This document shows positions 37,493 through 47,173 of a stretch of DNA of 56,301 bases, piece after piece. The notes below the pieces were generated by a model that was given only the letters and a program-made list of their open reading frames with translations, was not told the DNA's origin and searched no databases. Position 1 is the first letter of the stretch. Every line of letters starts with the position of its first letter. Made by a program: the position numbers and the translations under genes. Origin of the DNA: a virus (lineage: Duplodnaviria > Caudoviricetes); the IMG/VR virus record IMGVR_UViG_3300043409_000379, positions 1 through 56,301 of that record, one strand, 5' to 3'.

Positions 37493-38458
37493 TTAGGCTG
37501 TAGCCACACACCGCCACTTGCTAGTCGCGACATTCCATATGAAACCAATATCTAGCCTGTTGGTAGTAACCGTTGTTGTGGGCAAAGCAATATTAGAAGC
37601 CTCAAATGAAGAACCAAAAGTAAGAGCAATAGCCGCTGTTCCGGTAATTGAAATTATCAATTTTTGACCGTTTGTGGGGGTCCCAGTCAAATTTGTTGTG
37701 AAACTGGTGATGGCTACTGATTGAGCCGTGATAACCATCATGTCAAAATTATCAGTGTTCAGAGTCGGTGTTGCACTATTTGCAGTGCTTGCTGACACAC
37801 GGGGAGTTACCCTTTTATTCGTCAATGTCTGTGTTGCGGCAATACCGACTACGGTATCACCTGTGACCGCAGTGGATAAATTAGTGTAAGTTGGTGTTGC
37901 AAGAAATGTCGCCACGCCTGACCCAAGTCCTGATACACCTGTAGATATAGGTAACCCTGTAGCATTGGTAAGAACACCACTTGCAGGAGTTCCTAATGCA
38001 GGGGATGTAAGAGTTTTATTTGTAAGCGTCTGTGTGCCAGCTTCTGTCACAGGAGCGTTGGCAACTTCAACAACATCGGTGCTATTTGCATAGACAATAG
38101 CTTTTTTGCCTGCTGCAATCGTAACGCCCGTCCCTGCCGTTGTTTTTACAAGTACCGAAATAGAAGTGTTATTAAACAAAATATAGGGCTTATCAACAGT
38201 CGGAACAACAACCGTATGGGTAACCGTTGGTGTACCAGTAAACTCAATAACGTAATTACGGCCTACTGAAGTTGCGCCATCAGGAATTGTAAGGGTGGTA
38301 GTTGCACTAGCACCTGTTAATGCCTGTGTGGTGTAACCAGCAACAGCCTCTTCAACCAACGTACCAAGGTTCGTATTGGTCGTATCGCCCCACGTACCGG
38401 ACTGATCGCCAGTACCCATCAAAGTAAGTTTAAGATTAGGTGAGTAAGTACTTGTCAT
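37493..38458 (-). CDS. Tail fibre protein
   Basis: MTSTYS...[21 protein letters not shown] and [16 protein letters not shown] fibre motifs. Confidence 0.7.
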   Translation of the reverse strand: MTSTYSPNLKLTLMGTGDQSGTWGDTTNTNLGTLVEEAVAGYTTQALTGASATTTLTIPDGATSVGRNYVIEFTGTPTVTHTVVVPTVDKPYILFNNTSISVLVKTTAGTGVTIAAGKKAIVYANSTDVVEVANAPVTEAGTQTLTNKTLTSPALGTPASGVLTNATGLPISTGVSGLGSGVATFLATPTYTNLSTAVTGDTVVGIAATQTLTNKRVTPRVSASTANSATPTLNTDNFDMMVITAQSVAITSFTTNLTGTPTNGQKLIISITGTAAIALTFGSSFEASNIALPTTTVTTNRLDIGFIWNVATSKWRCVATA

Positions 38459-38469
38459 GCCAAAAACCT

Positions 38470-39240
38470 CTAGGCGGCTATCTGAGTCCAGTTTGGAGAC
38501 TGAGATGGTGTGATGGGACTATACCCCGGAACTTGATTTGGTGCAATCGTTACCCACGCAGGAACTTGTCCCGGAGCAACTTCATTCCATGCAGGAGTTT
38601 GAGACGGACCAATTCCCACCCAAGCAGGAGTTTGGTCAGGAACAATCTGACCCCAGACAAGAACTTGTCCAACAGACCCCGTAGAAAATACACCCGTGAC
38701 ACTGACGTTGGCGTCCGCTGTGACAGATACTGAGCCAACCTGCCCCGTTGCAGATACGCCCGTGACATCGACAAGGTTGATGGTTTCAACATCAACTGAG
38801 CCTACTTGGCCCGTAGCCGCAACGCCCGTAAGGCTTACATTGGCGTCTGCCGTGACAGTTGCTGTGCCAACACCGCCTGTTGCAGATACGCCCGTGACAT
38901 CAACATTTGCTCCTGCCGTGACAGTTGCTGTGCCAACACCGCCTGTTGCAGATACGCCCGTGACATCAACATTTGCTCCTGCCGTGACAGTTGCTGTGCC
39001 AACACCGCCTGTTGCAGATACGCCCGTAAGGCTTACATTTGCGGTTGCCGTGACAGTTGCCGTGCCGACAGCACCCGTGGCAGACACGCCCGTAAGACTT
39101 ACATTTGCTGTTGCCGTGACAGTTGCTGTGCCAACACCGCCTGTTGCAACCCCAATATCAATCGCACCCGTGCCAAACGCACCCAGACCCCATCCTTGGG
39201 ATCTAGACCATCCTTCAAAGGCTACGACTGCATCGGTCAT
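38470..39240 (-). CDS. Virion protein with 22-aa beta-repeats
   Basis: About 7 repeats of [22 protein letters not shown] plus C-terminal PxQxPxW repeats. Confidence 0.75.
   Translation of the reverse strand: MTDAVVAFEGWSRSQGWGLGAFGTGAIDIGVATGGVGTATVTATANVSLTGVSATGAVGTATVTATANVSLTGVSATGGVGTATVTAGANVDVTGVSATGGVGTATVTAGANVDVTGVSATGGVGTATVTADANVSLTGVAATGQVGSVDVETINLVDVTGVSATGQVGSVSVTADANVSVTGVFSTGSVGQVLVWGQIVPDQTPAWVGIGPSQTPAWNEVAPGQVPAWVTIAPNQVPGYSPITPSQSPNWTQIAA
38690..39150 (-). repeat. 66-bp coding tandem repeat (about 7 copies)
   Basis: Period measured from GTGACAG at 38852 and 38918. Confidence 0.9.
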
Positions 39241-39246
39241 TACTCA

Positions 39247-39705
39247 TCACGCTATGCGAATAATGGCATTGGAAGCATCGTTTGTCGGGAAGATAACAGA
39301 GAATGTACCAGCCGATGACGTTTTATCCGCACCAAAATCTAACACAACAACGGCCTTATTGCCCTGCGTTGAGTTATAAATTAATGCGCCACGAGCAGTA
39401 AACGACGCCGTGGTCCACGTAGAATCGGCAAAGTCAGCAAAAGCTGTCGTGCCAGAAGACGACGTTGTGCCAGCAGTAAGGGTATTACCGCCCGCTACAT
39501 ATGCGGAACCCGTGGTGTTGGTCGTCTCGTTGGTCGCAGAGTATGCGGTTGTTGAAGCATCAAGCGTTGCAGACGATGTGTACAAGGCCAGCTTGAATGT
39601 GTCAGCAGTCGTTGCACCACGGACAACCGTTGTGGCGATTGCGTGGATACCGCTCAAGAGTTCAGTCTTGAACGATGTCGTCATGAAGTTTCCAGTAAAT
39701 GCCAT
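39247..39705 (-). CDS. Virion structural protein
   Basis: TSFKTELL...FKLALYTSSATL...FTARGALIYN...AIIRIA; tail module position. Confidence 0.7.
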   Translation of the reverse strand: MAFTGNFMTTSFKTELLSGIHAIATTVVRGATTADTFKLALYTSSATLDASTTAYSATNETTNTTGSAYVAGGNTLTAGTTSSSGTTAFADFADSTWTTASFTARGALIYNSTQGNKAVVVLDFGADKTSSAGTFSVIFPTNDASNAIIRIA

Positions 39706-39995
39706 CACGGCCTCCTTATGAGTTCAGCTAATTGTGGTTGACCAGCTTCTGTCACCAGATGACTGACCGTGGATCTGTCGCATTGTATAGCACGTTTCAT
39801 GTAGTGCAGTATAACCTGTTCTACCTGATCTTGAAACGCTATTGCTTGACCTCGGATTACATCCGGTGCATTTGCTGAGACATCGACAATCCTCTTCGAC
39901 GCCTGTTCTGCCCAAAACTCCGGCGGATGACCGCCATTGTTCGACGTAACTACCTCAACTGTAAATGTTCCGGTTTGCATCGCTGGGGTAAACAT
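39705..39995 (-). CDS. Hypothetical protein
   Basis: Coupled ORF in the tail operon. Confidence 0.7.
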   Translation of the reverse strand: MFTPAMQTGTFTVEVVTSNNGGHPPEFWAEQASKRIVDVSANAPDVIRGQAIAFQDQVEQVILHYMKRAIQCDRSTVSHLVTEAGQPQLAELIRRP

Positions 39996-40630
39996 CAATT
40001 AGCCTTCACTCTAATAAGACCATCACGATAAGCATCGTCGTTCTCACGACCTTCACCATAGTTCTTGAGGCGGGTAAGGGCCTCAATAAACCGTTGATTG
40101 TACGTGTTGAGGAGTTCGTTCTCACCCTTCATAAACGTATAAGCCTCTACCAGAGATCCATACAAAAGGGCTTCGATAGCATTGTCTCCAAGCCATGTTG
40201 TTCCAGAAACTGTGATACTGGCGGGCTTGTAGTAATAGTGGATTTCAGTAACAAACGCTGCATTTGGCACCGGGGCAATCAGGAAGTTATCCTTGTCAAA
40301 CAAGGCGTAGTATTTTGGAATACCGGTGGCCTCGGTCGGGTTATACTCCTGTAGATACTCCACGTCCTTGTTCAACAGGATAACCTTTGACCCAGACGAC
40401 GTGATCATCAAGCTGAACGGGGCTAGAAAATCTGTTGGGGCTGTCAGATACTTATTTGAGGCAGTCATTGTACCAGTGGAATTCTTCCTGAAGTCCTCAA
40501 GATCGACGGCATAGAAGATGCGTTCTTCAGCACTCTGGATGAAGTTGTCGATGTTCGCCGAGAATGTCGTCTCGTCGTACTCGGTGTAGTCCTTGATGGC
40601 TTGCACCAACGTAGCGTATGTCCAGCCCAT
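39995..40630 (-). CDS. Head-tail adaptor / tail tubular protein A-like
   Basis: FIQSAEERI...GIPKYYA...LLYGSLVEAYTFMKGE. Confidence 0.65.
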   Translation of the reverse strand: MGWTYATLVQAIKDYTEYDETTFSANIDNFIQSAEERIFYAVDLEDFRKNSTGTMTASNKYLTAPTDFLAPFSLMITSSGSKVILLNKDVEYLQEYNPTEATGIPKYYALFDKDNFLIAPVPNAAFVTEIHYYYKPASITVSGTTWLGDNAIEALLYGSLVEAYTFMKGENELLNTYNQRFIEALTRLKNYGEGRENDDAYRDGLIRVKAN

Positions 40631-40935
40631 CAGGTTATATCCACTTCAACAACGCCAACCTGCGTAATCATCTGCAACAGGTTATACTGTATTAACGGGA
40701 AAATGTCAGTACCAACTGGTACATCCATCGGCTCAATACGGGACGGTCTTGGAGCAACCAACGCCTGTGGCTCAGGTGGCGGAAAGATCGGGTCCAACTG
40801 AGGATGCTTCGGCTCCCAGCACTCAGTGCAAGTCCTAAGACCATTCCATTCCTTCGCAAGCAGGTGATAGTCATATTGAAATCCGCACCTGTCGCAGATC
40901 GCAATGGCGTATTTGCCGTTTGCAAAAAGACCCAT
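40630..40935 (-). CDS. Small Zn-binding conserved phage protein
   Basis: AICDRCGF...CTECWEPKHPQL. Confidence 0.75.
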   Translation of the reverse strand: MGLFANGKYAIAICDRCGFQYDYHLLAKEWNGLRTCTECWEPKHPQLDPIFPPPEPQALVAPRPSRIEPMDVPVGTDIFPLIQYNLLQMITQVGVVEVDIT

Positions 40936-40938
40936 GGG

Positions 40939-41625
40939 TTACCCCAACCGATAGTTGGACCGAGAAGGCGTCAATCTCAGAGATGCCCGATCACGATCTT
41001 CCGTGGCAGCACGTTCAAACTCTTCCTCGTAGATCGCCTTCAACATCTGAATACGGTCAGGAGCCTTCTTAATTGCAATGTAGTACGCCAACCCGGCAGC
41101 AAGACACGGATAGAAGCGAAACGGGATCTGCATGGTGTCTACACCAGAATTAGCATCGTCCAATCGCACCAGCTTATCAACTACTAGAGTGTATGTTGTG
41201 TTAGGCTTCGGCCAAACGTACACAACAGGGATAATCTTGCGATCTACAAAGTACTGTACAGGGCGACCAATGCTCAACTTGTTCGGGATGTTCTGGTAAA
41301 TCTCGCGGCTAATGCGGTCAATGGTAAGGTCCGACTGAGACGCTGTACCAACTCCCGAACTATCTCTTATAACAGCGGTAATGATGTCGATCACACTTGA
41401 TGTCAGCGTGTAGGATTCATTGCTGGCATTAAGAGCAATATTTTCTTGGACAATCGTCCACTGGTTCAAACCACGGTTTGCCCACTCAGCAAGAAGCAGA
41501 TTCAAGCTACGGCGAGCCGTGCGCTGGTCGTATCCTGTGCGGATCTCGATGCCACAACGCTCAAACGCCTCTTCGATGTAGTCGGCTACATCTAACTCAA
41601 ATGTCTTCGTGCCAGAAACTGTCAT
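40939..41625 (-). CDS. Head-tail connector / tail tubular protein
   Basis: IEEAFERCG...ARRSLNLLLAEWANRGLNQW...PFRFYPCLAAGLAYY. Confidence 0.7.
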   Translation of the reverse strand: MTVSGTKTFELDVADYIEEAFERCGIEIRTGYDQRTARRSLNLLLAEWANRGLNQWTIVQENIALNASNESYTLTSSVIDIITAVIRDSSGVGTASQSDLTIDRISREIYQNIPNKLSIGRPVQYFVDRKIIPVVYVWPKPNTTYTLVVDKLVRLDDANSGVDTMQIPFRFYPCLAAGLAYYIAIKKAPDRIQMLKAIYEEEFERAATEDRDRASLRLTPSRSNYRLG

Positions 41626-41626
41626 A

Positions 41627-42037
41627 TCAACTCATCTTGCAAGGTTTCATACGAATCACTATTCCGCCACCACGGCTTACAACAGAGCCGCCCTTACTCA
41701 TCTTCTTTGCCTTGCCTTCGCCCATGACACGCATACGCTTCATCACGCGCATCGGTTTCATAGGCTTTACAAGGCCGCCCTTGGCAAATCCGGCAGTAGC
41801 ACCCATCTGTCCGGTTGTCTTATTCATACCCACAAGAGCAGGATTTGTCTGCTCCGTTGTTCCCTGCGGTTGACCAAAAGCTGTGCCCTGCATCCCGTAA
41901 TCCATTGGTGAAGCATATGGGGATGCCTGTGGTACCTCTGGCGCGGCAGGTTGTGTGACACCAAGATTTGCCATGCCTATAGGAGGAGCAGCTTCAACCG
42001 CACCACCATCGGCGTATTTACGAGTACGGTTCATCAT
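41627..42037 (-). CDS. Small basic late protein with xxxGG motifs
   Basis: YADGGAV, FAKGGLV, MSKGGSV. Confidence 0.7.
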   Translation of the reverse strand: MMNRTRKYADGGAVEAAPPIGMANLGVTQPAAPEVPQASPYASPMDYGMQGTAFGQPQGTTEQTNPALVGMNKTTGQMGATAGFAKGGLVKPMKPMRVMKRMRVMGEGKAKKMSKGGSVVSRGGGIVIRMKPCKMS

Positions 42038-42038
42038 C

Positions 42039-42593
42039 TCAACGTCCCCCTGCTCTACCAAATCCCTTAACAGCAATACCAGCACCACGATTTGAGGTGC
42101 GCTTGGCTTTTACCATGCCGCCTTCAGCTTTTTTCATTGATAAGACACCCGTTTTTTTATTACGAATAATCTGTGAAAAATCTACTTTTCCGCCTTTTTT
42201 CATTTCCATTCTCTGATCCCTAGTTGGAAATCTTCCGGGCAAGTCAGACATCGGATTATCAAAACTTCCGGGAATTGCTTTTTTCGTAGGGATAAAATCG
42301 TCGAGTTCTGGCTTCTTGTATTGGTTCATGCCCATATCTTCGGCCTTGAACCCTTTTGTCTGCTTTGGCGTAATATCGTAGTCCTCAAGTTCACTACGAT
42401 CTACTTTTCCAACCTTTGGAAGAGTGTCCATAATGTCCTTACCGCTCTTCATCCGCGCACCGCCACGATTGGATTCGGTCTTGGGTTTAGCGTAATCCGT
42501 TGTGTACTCTTTACCCTTAAAGGTAAATGTTTTTCCCGGACCCAGCAGTTCTCTTTGCGACTTAAACTCTTGTTCAAAAGGTGTTAACGCCAT
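42039..42593 (-). CDS. Basic late protein with xxxGG motifs
   Basis: Start MALTPFEQ; MKKGGKV, KAEGGMV, RGAGIAVKG. Confidence 0.7.
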   Translation of the reverse strand: MALTPFEQEFKSQRELLGPGKTFTFKGKEYTTDYAKPKTESNRGGARMKSGKDIMDTLPKVGKVDRSELEDYDITPKQTKGFKAEDMGMNQYKKPELDDFIPTKKAIPGSFDNPMSDLPGRFPTRDQRMEMKKGGKVDFSQIIRNKKTGVLSMKKAEGGMVKAKRTSNRGAGIAVKGFGRAGGR

Positions 42594-42594
42594 C

Positions 42595-42750
42595 TTACTT
42601 ACTCCTCTTCTTCGACATACCAGCCTGAGACAAGGCAATGGCGATTGCTTGTTTAGGGTTCTTTACCACAGGACCCTTCTTACTTCTTGTATTCAAGGTG
42701 CCAGCTTTAAACTCGCGCATCACCTTGCTGATTTTCTTCTGAGCCTTCAT
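42595..42750 (-). CDS. 51-aa basic protein (DUF6496-like)
   Basis: Missed by the ORF track. MKAQKKISKVMREFKAGTLNTRSKKGPVVKNPKQAIAIALSQAGMSKKRSK fills the gap exactly. Confidence 0.75.
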   Translation of the reverse strand: MKAQKKISKVMREFKAGTLNTRSKKGPVVKNPKQAIAIALSQAGMSKKRSK

Positions 42751-42756
42751 GGTCAA

Positions 42757-42990
42757 TCACCTGTAGCCGGATGTCTTGGCAGCAATCTTGGGGGGCTGTT
42801 TTACAAACTGCTTTCCCTTCGCCTTGCCAGCACGTTTAGCCTTCGTCGTCGCAGCATACTCAGAAGGAGTAAGAGCCTTAATGGCAGCCTCCGGCAAATA
42901 CCTCTCACCTGTCTTACTAGACGGCTTACCAGATTTGGTACGCCACTTCTGATCAGACCAGTTCTTCAAGGATTGCTGTGGAGCCTTCAT
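42757..42990 (-). CDS. Basic protein, DUF5872-like C-half
   Basis: QQSLKNWSDQKWRTKSGK...TGERYLP. Confidence 0.65.
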   Translation of the reverse strand: MKAPQQSLKNWSDQKWRTKSGKPSSKTGERYLPEAAIKALTPSEYAATTKAKRAGKAKGKQFVKQPPKIAAKTSGYR

Positions 42991-43175
42991 TAGTCCCTAT
43001 ATCCTCCGCCCTTTGCCTTGTACTGTTTAGCCAGCATCTGCGCTTTACGAGCAGACCACTGACCAGCAGCCGTACCCTGCACGGCTGCGCCTTTGATTTT
43101 GCTAAACAAAGCCTTCCTCATGGTAGGCTTTGTGTAGTTACCTGAGGCATTTACACCAGACTTCTTCACAGGCAA
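42990..43175 (-). CDS. Basic protein, DUF5872-like N-half
   Basis: NYTKPTMRK...GQWSARKAQMLAKQYKAKGGGY. Confidence 0.65.
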   Translation of the reverse strand: MPVKKSGVNASGNYTKPTMRKALFSKIKGAAVQGTAAGQWSARKAQMLAKQYKAKGGGYRD

Positions 43176-43186
43176 CTCAACCTCCT

Positions 43187-43573
43187 TTAGCTTTTACCAC
43201 GGCCCTTTGGCTTACCAATAGCAATCATGATCGCCATGCCACGGCCTTTTGGAGCCATGCCACCCTTCTTCATGGCAAGACCTTTGCCCTTGGCAGCCAT
43301 TCCGCCGCCACGCATCTTCATGCCTTCAGACTTCTCCATCTTCATGCCTTCCATGCCTTCGTGCTTCATCATGGCCTTCTTGGAAGAGTACATTTCCTTG
43401 CCGCCGTACTCGCTAATCTTGCCAGCCTTTTTCTTGGTAGCCATGCCGCCCTTTTTCATGCCAAGACGAAATTCAGGGCGGGTGGGATCAAACTTGCGAA
43501 GCCCTGAGCCCTGTGCCGCCATCGGAGGAAATGCTTCCTGCTGTGCTTTGTTTAATCCCCGTTTCGGTTTCAT
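43187..43573 (-). CDS. Very basic K/M/G-rich late protein
   Basis: MKKGGMA twice, plus MRGGGMA. Confidence 0.7.
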   Translation of the reverse strand: MKPKRGLNKAQQEAFPPMAAQGSGLRKFDPTRPEFRLGMKKGGMATKKKAGKISEYGGKEMYSSKKAMMKHEGMEGMKMEKSEGMKMRGGGMAAKGKGLAMKKGGMAPKGRGMAIMIAIGKPKGRGKS

Positions 43574-43582
43574 GGTAGTCTC

Positions 43583-43825
43583 CTATCTGTTTTCAACTAA
43601 ACGATCTATTTTCTCTTCAATCCGATCAAATCTCTTGATGAGTTGGTCTAGATCGTTATGAAGATCTACTCGGGTAACATAGTTTCTGGCTATGTCTTCT
43701 CGCGTATTTGAGGTATGGCGGAACAATTCGTTAACCCTGCCATTAAGATACACCAAAATCCACGCCGTAGGAATGAGGATTATCGTTAAAAGTATGTTCC
43801 AGATAAACTCTAATCCAACCATCAT
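43583..43825 (-). CDS. N-terminal TM plus coiled-coil protein
   Basis: IWNILLTIILIPTAWIL...FDRIEEKIDRL. Confidence 0.7.
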   Translation of the reverse strand: MMVGLEFIWNILLTIILIPTAWILVYLNGRVNELFRHTSNTREDIARNYVTRVDLHNDLDQLIKRFDRIEEKIDRLVENR

Positions 43826-43826
43826 G

Positions 43827-44108
43827 TCAGCATTTCCATCTTTTACGTGCCTGACGAAGACGGCTGTTTGGATCTTTTGCAGCTTCCGGGAACATCTTCG
43901 CTTGTCCCGCTGATCTTGCACAGTAAGACTTACGGCGTTTAGCCCGCTCTCCTGTGGGCTTGTCTTCTGTCACGGCAGTCTTCAACTTCGATCCGGGGTT
44001 GGCACGGCGGAATGCTTTGACACCTTTTTCTGTCATGCCAGCACCGGTCTTCGTTTTACGGAAGTTGCCGGATTTGACAGATGTCTTAATCCCCATGCCC
44101 TTGGCCAT
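43827..44108 (-). CDS. Small basic conserved phage protein
   Basis: GAGMTEKG...RRKSYCARSAGQ...RLRQARKRWKC. Confidence 0.7.
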   Translation of the reverse strand: MAKGMGIKTSVKSGNFRKTKTGAGMTEKGVKAFRRANPGSKLKTAVTEDKPTGERAKRRKSYCARSAGQAKMFPEAAKDPNSRLRQARKRWKC

Positions 44109-44506
44109 CAGAAGTTCTTTACCATTTCAAGAACAATAGTATATCTGTCGCCGGAGGAGGCACCTACCGTAGTAAAAAGAAGGTCGCCTGTTTTTCCCGC
44201 ACCAGCGTTATTTGACAGACCACCAAACCTGTTAAAATCAAACGAAACGAATTGGTCCGCGCCGATGGTGTAACAAATAACGTCCGTTGACGCATCCCAA
44301 AGGAGGTCAACGCCCATACCTACTGTTATGGCGTCGAGGTTAACAATGTTGACTCCGGTGCAAGTTTGCCCTTGAAAACCAGTCAAGGCGGAAACATCTA
44401 CCTTGAGTACACCAGTTTCACCCGTTCCATCGGAAATGTTGGTAAATTTCATGACGGCTGTTCTTGTGCCATCAAAAATTATCTGTGAAGTTACTGCATC
44501 TGCCAT
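44108..44506 (-). CDS. Putative structural protein
   Basis: 132 aa, beta-rich, downstream of the capsid genes. Confidence 0.65.
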   Translation of the reverse strand: MADAVTSQIIFDGTRTAVMKFTNISDGTGETGVLKVDVSALTGFQGQTCTGVNIVNLDAITVGMGVDLLWDASTDVICYTIGADQFVSFDFNRFGGLSNNAGAGKTGDLLFTTVGASSGDRYTIVLEMVKNF

Positions 44507-44565
44507 GTGATCTATCCTTCAAATAAGTGGAAGGGGTGCCAGATATTGACACCCCCTAAATCACA

Positions 44566-45042
44566 TTAGGGAACGTAAGTACCCTGCTGTATGTAGTTTA
44601 CTACCAGATAGCCCGTACCTGTGCCGGTGTTTGTTGATGTAATCATGATCTTTACATCAGTCGTCCCAACAGTAATCCAGTTACCAATTCGAGTTGCATC
44701 TGCACCCGCCGTGGCAGCAATAATACCAAGTGTACCGCCCGCAACTGCCGCAGCCGCCGTGAGTGCTGTTGCCGATGCTGTTGTGCCAACACCAAGGGTA
44801 GAGGCTACACCGCTCCAAATAGCAGTTACATAAAGTTGAATGCTTGTGATTGTGCTGTTCGCTGGGATTACGATGGATGTGGTATAAACGCCCGCAGACA
44901 CACCATTGGTAAGCTGAGTGATTGTTTCGTGCTGAGAAAGAACAACTTCGCCGACGTTATTAATGTCTGTGCCAAGTGTCGTACCCGTTGTAGATTTGAT
45001 GGTGCCAGCGCGAATTGGGCCAGAAAAGGTCGTCGTACCCAT
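44566..45042 (-). CDS. Putative capsid decoration/structural protein
   Basis: Begins MGTTTFSGPIRAG, T/A/G-rich, directly after the MCP; AGGAG RBS. Confidence 0.6.
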   Translation of the reverse strand: MGTTTFSGPIRAGTIKSTTGTTLGTDINNVGEVVLSQHETITQLTNGVSAGVYTTSIVIPANSTITSIQLYVTAIWSGVASTLGVGTTASATALTAAAAVAGGTLGIIAATAGADATRIGNWITVGTTDVKIMITSTNTGTGTGYLVVNYIQQGTYVP

Positions 45043-45105
45043 GAGGATCTCCTGTCGTTGGGTTGTCTGCCACAGTGGCAGTCAGGGATTACAAAACTCT
45101 ACAAT

Positions 45106-45136
45106 AAAAAAAGGGCTGACACAAGGCCAGCCCTTT
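45106..45136 (-). terminator. Intrinsic terminator after the major capsid gene
   Basis: Minus strand reads AAAGGGCTG...CAGCCCTTT followed by a T run. Confidence 0.85.
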
Positions 45137-45159
45137 CATATTTCTGTCAGTGACAGATT

Positions 45160-46068
45160 TTATGCACCCTGCGAGCCGTACATGGCGCGAGGATCAGACC
45201 AACCGAAGCTATAACGCTCACGGGCCTTGTAACGAGCGTTGCCCGTTTCAAAGTCACCTTCCATAGCCGTCTTGATTGGGCTACGGACAAAGTGCTTCAT
45301 GCCGTTTGGTGCGTCTGTCTTAATGAAAAACGCATCAGGATCGGTCAGGAAGTGGTTAACACAGAAGCCCTGTGGCATGTAACCACCGGTCTTGATCGCA
45401 TTGATGTCATTATCAGCAGTACCAACACGCTGTTCCGACTTCAAGATACGCTCTGCGGTGAACTGAAGAGCAGATGGGATGATCAGCTTCATGCCACGGA
45501 GGGCAATCTTCAGACCACGCTCGTCGATGAACGCTGCAATGTCGATCAGAGCCTGTTCGAGAGAAGTCTCGTTAAGATCTGCCTGAGTTGCAAGCGTGTT
45601 CGACAAGTTACCGCCGCCAGTTGTAGGATGTGCGCTGTTGATCAACGAAACACCGTCGCCGCCCTTATAGGACGAGGAAAATGCGTTGTTGAGGACAGAA
45701 GCAGCCTTCACCTGTTTGGTGTTGGACATCGACCGTGCAAGAGCGCGGGTATAACGAGCCGACAGCTTGTCATACAGGTTATCTTCCACTGCCTCTTCCG
45801 TGATGGCGAATGCAAGAGCAATCGTCTCATGGGTGTAGCGAGCAGTAAAGGCTTCACCAGCGGTGTCATACGAAATGGCTGCGCCTTCGCCCTTTACAGG
45901 GGCTTGGCCGAAGCCGGAGAGCATGACCTCCTCCTCGAATGCACGGTCAGAATTTTCCGTGTCGAAGATTTCGGAATGCTCATTGTCGTAACGGTCGTAC
46001 TCCAAACCGAAAAGGGCGTTAAGACCCGGCTCCAGTTCTTTGAGGAGTTGTGAACGAGTAATAGCCAT
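45160..46068 (-). CDS. Major capsid protein
   Basis: MAITRSQLLKELEPGLNALFG...DFETGNARYKARERYSFGWSDPR; follows the scaffold; strong RBS and terminator. Confidence 0.88.
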   Translation of the reverse strand: MAITRSQLLKELEPGLNALFGLEYDRYDNEHSEIFDTENSDRAFEEEVMLSGFGQAPVKGEGAAISYDTAGEAFTARYTHETIALAFAITEEAVEDNLYDKLSARYTRALARSMSNTKQVKAASVLNNAFSSSYKGGDGVSLINSAHPTTGGGNLSNTLATQADLNETSLEQALIDIAAFIDERGLKIALRGMKLIIPSALQFTAERILKSEQRVGTADNDINAIKTGGYMPQGFCVNHFLTDPDAFFIKTDAPNGMKHFVRSPIKTAMEGDFETGNARYKARERYSFGWSDPRAMYGSQGA

Positions 46069-46081
46069 GGTTCATTACTCC

Positions 46082-46699
46082 TTAAATACCCGCGCCAGTG
46101 CCATTGGCATTGTAACGGTAGAAGTGGTTGTTAAGCAAAACAATCGCCAGACGCCCAGCAACCGTTGCATCGGAGTTCGCAGGAGTATCCTCGAAGCCCA
46201 AAATGCGGAGGTTGAGAGTGTTGGTAGTTGTCGCCGTTGAAACTGCCAACTCACCTGCGGACAAACCAGAGGTCGTTGAACCCGTGGTAGCCGTTGCAAA
46301 GTTAGCATTTGCGTGGATGATAGAGTCGGCGGCAGCCGCATCGCAGTTGATCAAGAACGTCTGATCAGGATGTGCAGAAATGATAGCCGTAGCCGCAGAA
46401 CCACTAAGGACCGCAGCCGTACCGGGCCAGAAAGGTGACCACTTAGGTTTACCTGTCAGGTCGATATAGTTACAGCCAAGAAACGCACCTAGAATTGGAA
46501 CAGTACCACCGGCAGCCGCGCCAACAACGTCAATCATACCGTTTGTCAATGGAATCACAGGAGTACCCTGATAGATTACCGAAGACGTTCCAGCAGTTGC
46601 CGATGTCTGAATGTTGAATACAACATCACCGTTGGTATTTGCACCGCTTCCAAGCATACGATACGGGCGAAGCCCGAATGCGGCATCAATATTTGCCAT
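46082..46699 (-). CDS. Head decoration/capsid-associated protein
   Basis: Begins MANIDAAFGLRP, immediately upstream of the MCP. Confidence 0.6.
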   Translation of the reverse strand: MANIDAAFGLRPYRMLGSGANTNGDVVFNIQTSATAGTSSVIYQGTPVIPLTNGMIDVVGAAAGGTVPILGAFLGCNYIDLTGKPKWSPFWPGTAAVLSGSAATAIISAHPDQTFLINCDAAAADSIIHANANFATATTGSTTSGLSAGELAVSTATTTNTLNLRILGFEDTPANSDATVAGRLAIVLLNNHFYRYNANGTGAGI

Positions 46700-46715
46700 T
46701 GCTTAGATCCTTATG

Positions 46716-47171
46716 TTATTCGGCTGCACGATTGCCGCCGAAAGTGACTCTAGATTGCCGTTCAGGTTTAATAATCGGCATGGACGGATGTTGATCTCTC
46801 ATCAGGTCGTTATCAACCGCGTCAAGCTGTTGCTGCGCTTGGCGGTTATAATAAGCAGTACGCTGATTTACCAGATCTACGGGAATACGCGCTAAGACAA
46901 GACCCCCAACTGCAATGACACCAGCATGCTTGCCGTTATCAATCGTGGGAAGATCCCAATCTGGGTATTCTTCGGCGCGAACGAGTTCAAACCCTTCGCG
47001 AAGTCGTGCGGACATGTTCTTCCGATCATCAACACCTGCGGCCTCCATTCGGAGCCAACGGTGCCTAAAACCCTCCGGTGCGGGGGGCGCGTCCAAAGAG
47101 GACGGTGGTTTCCAAGTCGTAGGTTTTACGGTCTTGGAGCGGACGGTATCTTCGCGTTTTGAGCGATCCAT
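46716..47171 (-). CDS. Conserved head-module protein
   Basis: WKPPSSLDAPPAPEGFRHRWLR...GGLVLARIP. Confidence 0.7.
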   Translation of the reverse strand: MDRSKREDTVRSKTVKPTTWKPPSSLDAPPAPEGFRHRWLRMEAAGVDDRKNMSARLREGFELVRAEEYPDWDLPTIDNGKHAGVIAVGGLVLARIPVDLVNQRTAYYNRQAQQQLDAVDNDLMRDQHPSMPIIKPERQSRVTFGGNRAAE

Positions 47172-47173
47172 AA

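Noticed and set aside
45292-46053. Long antisense or alternate-frame ORFs (also 23077-23742, 27721-28407, 38696-39379, 52210-52971, 54968-55663)
   Set aside because: They are shadows of well-supported genes or of repeats, with no recognisable motifs.
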